From assembly GCA_973895155.1 (NCBI GenBank), contig OZ316895.1:23768281-23832280 (forward strand): a stretch of 64,000 nt of DNA. The letters run 5' to 3'. Source of the DNA: Marsupella aquatica (Eukaryota > Plantae > Marchantiophyta). The notes under the pieces are model-generated. The model was given only the letters and a program-made list of their open reading frames with translations. It was not told the origin of the DNA and made no database searches. Positions 54,131 through 64,000 of this stretch are shown here, piece by piece. The stretch's first letter is position 1. Every line of letters begins with the position of its first letter. Made by a program: the position numbers and the translations under genes.

Positions 54131-55124
54131 CTCTACTCAGTCAGTTCACTCCTCCTCTTCCTCTACCTCTTGCCACTCCACTTCACTCGACTCAGATCCC
54201 TTCAACTCCGCTCCACTCCACTCCACTCCACTCCACGGTCAATTTCACAAGCACCAGCCAAACCGGATCCACGGCAACAAGACCGTGAGGAGGTGCGATC
54301 GCAGAATTCCTCCAAAATCAAAAACCTACGAGGCAAAAGAAATCCGCACAACTCTCATATCTCTTCGCAAGTCTACTCCAGATGTGGGGCTCAAATGCAG
54401 GCAGACAGCTCAGAAACACTCGAGTAGCTAAAAGAGACCACCGGAACAGCTCAGAAAGGTGACTGTAATGATGAGCCCGCAATTGTGATCAAAGGAGAGA
54501 GTGTTGCCGTGCAAGCGGAGTCTGGACTGGAGGTGGAATGTGGGAACGATGTTGATGAGAACGAACTCTCGAAATTCAAGGAGGACAGTGGGTAGAGAGA
54601 ACAAGGCAAGGATTACACAGCAGATTGCTGATTGCAGGAGCTACTGCTGCTGATGGGCATGCTCTCAAAAGAGGAGGGTGGGGGATAACAGTGTGTCTGT
54701 CGGGGGCTTTGGCTTGGGTGCTATGGATATGGTGTAGCGGCTTCTGAGTGGGTGTCCTGCGCACAGTGACGCCACTCTCAATCCAGAGCACTGTATTTCT
54801 TTTTTGGTGCTACGTAGTCATACTTTTTGCCCTTCTTGTCCTGTGTAACTCGAATTGCTACCTCTCCTGTGGTAGAATTATTATTATTGTTTCTGTGGGA
54901 TACTCCTTGACTATTTGTCTCTTGACTTGTTGTGCCTCTTTGGTCTTCTTCGGGTCCCTCCCTTCCCCCCTTTATGGGGCCTTTTGTCTTTGGGATCATG
55001 TCTCCCGGTTTGGCAATACTGTCTTTTTGGCAGTGTGATATGTATAATCGTTACCCCAACCTGTAGATTTACAAGGTTAGAGCCTTTCCACCGGTTGGTC
55101 TAAGGGGGGTGCTGCCAGATCATA

Positions 55125-55361
55125 GGTGCTTGCTTAAAGCTTTTTCTGTCCTCATTAGGCCTTGGGTCAAAGGTGCTTGGTTAAAGCCCTTTTTCTATCC
55201 TCACTGGGCCTTGGGTCAAAGGGTGCTTGGTTAAAGCTGTTTCTATCCTCACTAGGCCTTGGGTCAAAGGTGCTTGCTTAAAGCCCTTTTTCTATCCTCA
55301 CTTGGCCTTGGGTCAAAGGTGCTTGCTTAAAGCCCTTTTTCTATCCTCACTGGGCCTTGGG
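55125..55361. repeat. ~48-bp tandem repeat, 5 copies
   Basis: ggtgcttg.ttaaagc..tttttctatcctcact.ggccttgggtcaaa repeated five times. Confidence 0.92.
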
Positions 55362-57044
55362 AAATTTTCACCCGGCCGGGCGCCAGGCTAGCTTGATGGC
55401 ACCTCCTGAGTGCCAGTACTGGCCAAGTGGGTGTGTGGAGTAGTGGCCCTTGCCCAGTCTTGCAACCGTGTGTGTGGACGGCATCAATTTTCCAATCTCT
55501 GTAGAAGGTTCACTTGTTGCTGCATCCTCTCACAGGGAGATCGTCACTTCATTTATCATAACTGTTGGGATTGTGCCTGTGTGCAATCTGCCAAAGCATT
55601 GACCTCGATACCGGGTCGCAAACAGCATGACTCATGGGAATGCTCTAACCACTTGCCTGTATGCCACACTGCCAAAAAACAAAAAGCGTCAAATGGGGAG
55701 ACGGAGTCCCAAAGTCAAGAAGAATTTGTCTAGAGGCCCTAAAACCAACACCCCTTCGCCCTTCAAAGAATTGCAAATGAGCCCTCTATAGTGCAACAAA
55801 CATGTGCTGTCTAATGAAGGCAGTGAGGATGAACTAGGGGATATGGCAGCCGCTCGGCAGGAAAGGCCCAACATGATTGCACAAAGCAATCAAAGATAAG
55901 GTGCAGAGTGCAGCGGTCCAAAGATCTGCAAAACAAGCAGGTAAAACAACTACTCTAACCTCCTTACAAGACCTTATCTGAATCTTTCTTTCATTCATTT
56001 CTTTATTAGATCTTTGGCTTATTCTTTGGCTCATTCTGCCTGTAAGTTAGAGGCAACTTGCATGCTGCTAGCCCTACCTTCTCGGAGAAAATGCTTTTAA
56101 CCCATCCTAAACAACCCAGTTCTGGCTTGCATTGCTAGAAGTGGTAGAATTGTTCTCGGTTGAAAAGCCATGACTAAGCTTTCCTTTGCCTTGATCAATT
56201 TTGTCAGGCCTTAAAATGGGAGACATGGTAGATTTCCATGAGTATGATTGTGTTATCCAACGACCAATTCACGTGTGAGACAATTGTGAAAGATGAATTT
56301 GGATGGCCCTGAAACTCATCCCTCAGTGTCTTTGCAAAAGTTTCCTTTGCAACCAGAAGCAAGTGCACTCCACCTTTGAGGGGATGTGTTTTAAAACATG
56401 AATGTTTGAGTAGGGTGGGCTTGAGCACATAAGTTGCTAGGATGCATGGATCAATCTAACCGTATGCTAGCATATGACTATCAATGACATTTTGGAATTT
56501 TAAGCAATACATGATGGCAATCCCAGATTGGGAAAGGGGAGGGCTTCTGGGCGTGAGGCTTTTAGGAGCCGTAAGATGAACTTACTTTCAAAATCTATCC
56601 CACTCTTGGTAGAGCACCAGCCCATGGATTGACTATATGTTGTTCTATAATATGTGATCCTGCCAAAAGGGTGGATGTGGTTTATTTACAATATAACAAG
56701 GTGAGAAGAAATTCACTACATTTGGAATTATCCTTGGGTTTTTCTAGGCCGCCAGATTTTCCAGAATGGACCTAGAAGCCTAAGTTGAAAACTCATGAGA
56801 GCTCAAACAGTTGGACCTGATGAGTGAAGCATGCAATAGAGCACTGGCTAACAAAGAGGACAGTGCACATTAATGGTCACAAGGCAAGTTGCAAACCATC
56901 GAATTGCTTAGATTGACGGATGGAATCAAATGTTGATAATTATCAGGTTGTACTGGAAGTTTGTCAGACTTTCATTTTCATTTCATAGTGTCACCTTTGT
57001 GCTAATGGGGATCGCCATCTTTCTTTCTTTTTCTTTTACAACCA

Positions 57045-57300
57045 AGTGCCCCACAACGGTGGCGCCAAAATGAGGGAGGTGCACCCCAACACACCACTCC
57101 AGGGACAAAGGCCACCCAGGGAGGAACACACCAAGGCCCAGGCAGGACAAAAACTCCAACCCGGAAAGTCCAAGACTAGTCATGTCAAGCAATCAAAAGC
57201 AACCACCAAACCATGGCCAACTCCTGATCCCAGCGGCTGGTACACCCCCGGGTACACCAGGGCTCTCTACTACTACTCTCTCTGAGATGTATACCATACC
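57045..57300 (-). mobile_element. Possible gypsy-type LTR end and PBS remnant
   Basis: The minus strand reads ...CA|ttttggcgccaccgttgtggggcac, a TGGCGCC-type PBS directly after a CA terminus at 57071. No partner LTR was found in the window. Confidence 0.35.
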
Positions 57301-57659
57301 TGGTCGGCTGCAAGATCCTATCTACTTTCCTCATCTTCAACTCCAAGCGAGACTGGACTATGAGTCTGTTCCCGAGGTTTCAGCACGACCTAGAGTAGCT
57401 CAATGACATCTTTGACCTGCTTACCTTTCTTAGCAGAATGACAGAAGCCTATCATGGATTCCAACGTCAAGTTAGTGTTATGGAAGACCACCCAATCCGG
57501 ACGTATCCCAAGAAATTGAGAGTAGGTGGGTTTGTTTGTTTCTTTCCATATGTTGTGGCATAATTCCATGATTCCATTCACACTTCAAAATTGCACTGTC
57601 AATGGCCTTAAACATTGTACTGGTAGTCACCTTAAGTGCAGGAGAACCTAGCACTAGTT

Positions 57660-57852
57660 GTTGGATCTCTCTCCACCCTCGTCTCCACCTCTTTGTAACT
57701 TTGTTTCAACTGAAGAAAAGGTGTTGAGTATGCTCAAAGCATGATATACACCTGGAGAAGATACCATCACACAACTTCCAATGGCTTCCCCTCCCATTTG
57801 TGAAGAAAATGTGATTCAGTAAGAGCCAAAAAATGAACCTCACCTTAGGCAT
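57660..57852 (-). pseudogene. Degenerate LINE (L1) zf-RVT fragment
   Basis: Manual translation MPKVRFIFWLLLNHIFFTNGRGSHWKLCDGIFSRCISCFEHTQHLFFS*NKVTKRW fits the PK..F.W...CxxC...E...HLFF.C pattern with decayed cysteines. Confidence 0.65.
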
Positions 57853-59692
57853 GGACCAACCTCCCTACAAATTCTTCCATTGTGTGTGTCAACATTTCGA
57901 TATGCTGAATTGTACCCACCTCCTATGAAGCTTGTTGACGACCAAGATGGGAAGCGAGCAGTTCACACAGGTCATATTGGGGAAGCACCAACCCCGTTTC
58001 TGCCTTTCCATTCCCACTGCCATCCATCACACTCCTGTAGGCTGTTTGCACTAAGGCCAGGGCCAACATATTTTTTAGGTGTGAATTTTTGCCAAATCCA
58101 CCTCCCCAAAACTGTTTGCCACTGTTGGCGAAAACTTGTTAGATTTTGTGTCTATCCTTCGCTACTTTCCCACCAAATCATGGACCCCATTTGCTAGAAT
58201 CTACCCGTTGTTCATAAACAGAGGGAAATTTGACAGTCAGGAAATAATCCTGGAATTTTGATAAAGAATATTCTTAGCATTTCTTCCCTTAGAGAGGTTG
58301 ACATTTGCCACATTGGCTAAAAACAAAAAACCTTAAAAAGTAGGCTGGCCAGGGCACAACTTGAGCTTACAATAGAACCTAATAAATTAAGCCTACCCAT
58401 TGGGTCTGTTGTTTCTCACCTTGCTATGAATAATCTCCTCATCACTCCAACCAAGCTATGGTGAGCACAGGTCAGTGATCTTCTTGATGAGCTTCTTGAT
58501 GCATCTAGTAGGGCGTGTCAAAGCACAGTTATACATGAGTTACGGCTCAGGACATAAAAGTCACTTACCGCTAGAACATAATGAGCTGGTGAATCCTTTT
58601 GTATTAGCTGGTGACATGTGATGTGAAGGAAACCAATGGACTTCTGCTGCTGCATTGATTTTACCTTGATGGGTTGAAGCTTTCTCATTGTTGCTTGTGG
58701 CTCTCACAAGATTTAATGCTAATTGGAAAGTCATCTTTAGGTTGACAATGTGGACTCTAGTCAGGGATGCCCTTGTCTGAGAGGTGCTTTCTATTCCCTG
58801 GTTAGAAATATATGAAGATTTAAGATTAGGATATTCCTGCCTTGATCGTAGGTGCTTTGCTCCTTTGGCTGGGGCTCGGTTGTCTTTGGGTATGCCTGGA
58901 TGGATCCCCTGGGCTCCTTTGCCTGCGACCTCAGTGTGTCACTTACCTATGACATAGATGAAGTAGGCTTTTTGTCTTCCCCCTCACTTTGGGGCTGACT
59001 CGAAGTTAGTTTCTGGTTTTTGCTTGGCCATGTTTTCAGTTGACTTTGTCTTTGCTTGGCTTTGGTGCTGGCCACCTGGCTTTCTTTCCCCTTTGGGACT
59101 TTGTGGGCTTTGCCCTGGCCTGTTTGGTCCTCCTTTCCCACGGGGTTTTGCCGGTTTTATTGAAAAAAGGGGGGGGGGGGGAAGCAAAAAAAGCTGAGTT
59201 GCGCTCCAACTGTCAACTCACAGCCGAACCCACATTCACCGCAGCCGGTCATCCTGAGCCCAGACAAAACACCCAAATCTACTCAAGCTCTTGATGAACA
59301 CAGAATGAGAGGCACGAAGAAGAATGACTAGAATGCGAGAGAAAGCTCATCCCGGCCGAGACGGAAATGGCTCCTGCACAGACGGCAAACTTCCAGCCTG
59401 ACGGCGTTTCCAGAAAGTGAAATGGGAAGTGGCCACATCCTGCTGCTCTCCTAGATTAACGCCCGCCCAGGAAACCACAGGCCCATTGAACAAAATCTGG
59501 GCCGTCCAATAGCAGCTGTCCGTTGGATGGCGATGCGGGAACGCCCTCAACCCTAACAATCTGGGCCGTTCATTTTTAAATAGAGGGCAGAGATTAGCCG
59601 CGGAATGAGCGCCCTGAATGGACGGCCCAGATTGACCGCGGGTAGAGCAGCCTGAATGAAGGACCAAGATTTGCATCATGAAGGGCGATCCC

Positions 59693-59898
59693 GAATGGAG
59701 GGCCAAGTACCAATACATGGTTAAGGAGTAAGGAAGGACCATAAACATATACATTAGGGGAATGGAGGGCCAAGTACCAATACATGGTTAAGGAGTAAGG
59801 AAGGACCACAAACATATACATTAAGGGAATGGAGGGCCAAGTACCAATACATACATCGTTAAGGAGTAAGGAAGGACCATAAACATATACATTAGGGG
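59693..59898. repeat. ~67-bp tandem repeat, 3 copies
   Basis: gaatggagggccaagtaccaatacatggttaaggagtaaggaaggaccataaacatatacatta.gg repeated three times. Confidence 0.92.
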
Positions 59899-60427
59899 TT
59901 CTCAAATAGGGCGTCTCAAAGCTGGCCCGTAACCAAAAGTTATGGGCCAGCCAAGCAGCCCATAACGACACTTGCGGGCATCACTTATGGACCGGATAAT
60001 TAGCCGGTCCCTTGGTTTGACCCGCCCCTTAAGGAGCTACTTACGATGCCTTACCCGCTCAAAGTAGGAGTTAAGTATCCCTTCCCTCTCGGACAGTACT
60101 TGGCCGTAAGGCGCTGAAATGTGCCACGACAGTCCTGAACCCAGGTGCTCCTCATAAGTGTCCCGTCGTTTCCCAGCGAAGCTATCGCCATAGTTTCTGT
60201 TGTTCAAATTTCAAATGCACCTCTTCCCCACCAAAGCGATTATCCAGAGCTTCATTTAGCTTCAACGTCGGGCTCCATGGCGATGGTCAATGTAGCTCTG
60301 TCTCCAGAACATATAGGTGAGACTCATCCAGATATCAGAGAAATTGCTATTCGATTGTACGTGCAGACCGCTAGAGAAGGTGTAGAGAAATCGACAGAAG
60401 CTGCTCCTCCCAATTCGTGTACAACCA

Positions 60428-61844
60428 TGGCACAATCAGGCAGCCAAGGTCATGTGAGAGCAAGGAGTTCATTCCAACCTCCACGGGCTAACTCCAGCAA
60501 TGCCCCCTGTATAGGTGATAAATTCAGGCTGAAGGATCATGACTACGAATGCATCGTTTCATACTTGGAAATTCCAGAGAATTTCCAAGCAATTACAGGT
60601 GGAGGAAGGAAGACTCGAGTGGGTGGAAAGTATCAAAGCAAGACAACACTCTTCAAATCCATGCTTGCTGCAATGCAACATCATGGCTTTCCTAAGGAGA
60701 TCACTGCACCGAATTTGACAAAGAGATTCCAGAGGTATGTGAAGCGGTACAAAGAGGCAAGAGAGGTGAAAATGCAATCAGGTGGAGGGCTGAATGAAGA
60801 CGAGTTGGAAGCAGGGATTACATTGGAGAGCAAACTAAACCGATTGTGCCCACACTTTGAAAGAATGCATGCAATCTTTGGGGAGCGACCGAATGTGGCA
60901 CCACTAGTGGAAGGGGACTATGGAGTTGAGGATTCCGACCTTGTCTTTCCTGACACCAATGTTGAATCAGATTCTGAGTCAGCATTTGGTAATGAGAATG
61001 ATAATCCCAATGCTTACCATGTCCCTTCCAACACTACCATCGTTCTTGAAGGTACTGGTCATTTACCTTATTGATTGTTGTACTTCAATTTCTTCAATTA
61101 TAGAACAACAGAATGTTCATTTGCTCACATTTGTCATTTCTCTCTGTTGTAGACACACCAGTGCCAACACCTGGGCAATCAATCCATAATGCTCCTCAGG
61201 TGAGGCCAACACCAGAGACTCTTGCAAATGTAAACTATGGCAATTCTTTCTGGACCGAATTAGAGCAGATGGCACAAATTGGTAAGCATGTACATAACTG
61301 CACATGTGCAGCATGTACAGAGTCTTGCCCAGTTGAAGTTGGTGAAAATCGACCAATGTAGGGTCCACCATGTACTCCAACTGAGTTCAACACCCCAGCC
61401 AAGTCTGTTTCAGAGGCCATGCCTCCTCCAACAGGGAAGAAGCCTGCAAAAACACCACCGGCTGGACATAAGGATTTGCACAACACTTCCAAGACAAACT
61501 TTGCTGCCATATATGCAGACAGGAACAACATGAAGGCAGACTACCGAAAGGAATTAATTCAAAGTCGAGATCGATGGAAGACCCAAGAGCTAGCAGATCG
61601 GAGGGAGGCCAGGGTGGACGCTGCATTGCAGGCTGCAGCACAGAAGAAACTTGATTGTAAGCACCAGTTTGCTATTGAAGCAAAAGGTGCCGAAAATGCA
61701 CGAAAGAGACTTCGATCAGACCAAGAGCATGCACAGGAGATGGCACGGCAAGCACAAAGAGCTGCTCTTTTGACTACTCTACTCGGTAGTAACAAGACTC
61801 CTGCCGAAATAAGGGAGTTACTGCCCCTGGTGAAAGAGGACTAG
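60428..61844 (+). pseudogene. Myb/SANT (MADF/trihelix-like) protein of the type carried by PIF/Harbinger transposons, with one in-frame stop
   Basis: DYECIVSYLEIPENFQAITGGG...LTKRFQRYVKRYKEA....QSGGGL.ED......LESKLNRLCPHFERMHAIFGERPNV, an acidic linker and a C-terminal coiled coil ending ALLTTLLGSNKTPAEIRELL. A probable intron lies at 61052-61152. A TAG at 61359-61361 interrupts an otherwise continuous frame. The start codon is uncertain. Confidence 0.6.
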
Positions 61845-62199
61845 TTTTGGTTCCAAGCAATTTAGACTTCCATTCATGTTGCATGTGTAGTAGGTGCCAA
61901 ACTGTACAAGTATGAGTGTAAAAGACCAAAATCCATATTATTAATAAAGGTGGTACATGTTGTTATACATTCGTGGTCGAATGTCGCCCTCAGTTTTCAC
62001 TGTCAAATGCCTTGTAAACTATGGAATCTCAGAATCACGACATCGCGACATCACAGATACTTGAAATCTTGGAATGATGATATCATGACATCGCGACATG
62101 ATTCATCTGTGACATTTGTACTGACAAAAAGTGAATTGAGAAACCTCTCCTCAAATGGCAACTATGCGGATCACTTATTCTTTTGCACTATGGGATTAG

Positions 62200-64000
62200 G
62201 CTGAGGTGGTGGTTCTCTCGTAATGGAATTACGAGACACAGCTTCCAAAATTGCTTCCCTCACATCAGTATGATGTGTTGAAAAAGGGAGAGACTTCAAC
62301 TGAACTCCATAACTAATCAGCGGCAAATGTCGAAGTACGAACATGTACTGAACCCGAGTACGTGGCCTCCATAGCAGCTCCTATGACATCCCAATTTGTG
62401 AAACTAGTATAGTAAACTTTCGGAAATCTCTTCAAGTATGCATCTGTATCAACCAAGTCCAGCTCCATGCCATGAAACATTGCCATAGTTCTAGTGAAAA
62501 AATTGATGTAACTTCTTATCTGTGTCGTGGAGATGTCATCCCACTTCTGCTGACACACATGCCGAGGGGTGAAGGGCACAATGGTGTTCACAGGATCCCT
62601 TGAGATGCCCAACCGGATTTGTCCTATTCGTCTGATTCAAGAAGTTCATCATGAACCTCAAAGAATATGCAGGCAAGTTCCCAAAGAAAGAGCAAAGGAG
62701 CTCACTGTCCTCCACTTGTAGGTCCCCGTACAAGACCATCACTGCTAGTGTGGGTCGGAAATGTTCACCTTCTTGCCAGAACTCATCAAATTGAGCTAAC
62801 TCAATCTGAAAAGGTGCCAGTACTGGGAGGTTGAATATGAATTGACATTCACCTTTCTTCAACTTGTAAAACCTCCAGAACTCATTGATTGGGCCATTCA
62901 TAGTCGACACCAGCGCACATAAATTTGCAAATCTCTTCAGTTGTTGTACTGGAGTCACCGATTCCACTCGAATGGTTGGTGTGAAGGTTGTTTGTGTAGC
63001 TTCATCCACCATTTCCCTAAATTGCTTCCTCTGCATTGGGGGCTTAGCTGGAATTGAACTGAAATCAAATTTTAACAGAGCCACAGTATTGGGTTCTTGC
63101 CCAATGGGGACCTGTGTAACAGGGAGCTGCACAATTGGCTCCAACACAGACTCCATCACATCCGTTTCAGTTGCTACAGGCAATGTGGGAGGACTATTTC
63201 CAACAGGTGAATAGTCAGACATAGGACTGAATCCCTCACTCAAATCCTCAGCTCCTTCCCTATGAGCATCGCATAATGATGGTCCTGGGCTGTGCAATGG
63301 AGTTCGAGCTTTTGAAGGAGGAAGTAAATCAAACAGCATATCCAAAATTTTCTCCCGTGGACAACTAAGAATGTACATGGCCTGCTGCACAATGTCGGTA
63401 TTAATCCTAGCCTCATATGCCTCATTGGCACTCATTGGAGTCCCTCCCAGGCCACGTGGAGAGGCATCTGGTATCTGCAAATCTCGGCCTTCAAAGTCAT
63501 CAGTGTCTGCCTCTACATCGCAGTGGCCTCCAATGCTCATATTGTCATTGTCCATGTTCTGTTCAACGTCCATTGGTTGCAGACCATCGTCAGCCTCCAC
63601 TTCAAGTCCAGCTAAATCGCTGTCGGATTCTGCATGATTGTCGGGTTCTGCATCGCTCTCGTGTTCTGCATTGCTCTCGGGTTCTGCATCGCTCTCGGGT
63701 TCTGCATCGCTCAGGAGTTCTGCATTGCTCTTGGGTTCTGCATTGCTCTCGGGTTCTGAATCGCTGTCAGATTGTGATTGCCAATCGTCTGGCACCTGAA
63801 TCCCGATGTGCACTATTAACTGCTTCCTCACCCGTTTCTCAGAATCCAATAAGCAGTTCTCGTACCAATACAATTGCGCTAGGTAGTTTTGCAAGTATGT
63901 TGGTTTCCCCAAGGCCAGATGCTTCAGCTGATCAAAAATTACATTCCTAAGCAACAGAGCCCAATTTATGGTGCTCATCCCCTTCCAAGCTGCTATTATA
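62200..64000 (-). pseudogene. Large TE-associated ORF of unknown function, entering from the right edge, with a frameshift near 62612
   Basis: 480-aa open frame (INWALLLRNVIFDQLKHLALGKPTYLQNYLAQLY, 18-bp 'AEPESD' repeats, then a globular-looking C-terminal region) that appears to continue in another frame (62612-62313). Confidence 0.5.

Overview
Eukaryotic land-plant genomic DNA. A bryophyte-like non-seed plant is inferred from the gene and intron style and a KIF12/kinesin-16-like motor. Five host genes were reconstructed by hand from GT-AG boundaries: a PUB62/63-like U-box protein (+, 11425-15306), 60S acidic ribosomal protein P1 (-, 17853-19107), an intronless PITH-domain protein (-, 25825-26439), a KIF12/kinesin-16-like kinesin (+, ~39567-46326) and chloroplast rhodanese STR11 (-, 51088-54130). 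Intergenic DNA is rich in transposable elements. It holds a decayed Ty1/copia element with both LTRs (29944-35640; CTAGG TSD, tRNA-Met PBS), a related solo LTR, a Helitron-like remnant, Tourist-like MITEs, LINE and gypsy fragments and many minisatellites. At the right edge is a probable Harbinger-like element with a Myb/SANT-like gene facing an unrecognised large ORF. The best-supported surprise is a U12-type (minor spliceosome) first intron in the ribosomal P1 gene. All family assignments come from recalled motifs; no database search was run.
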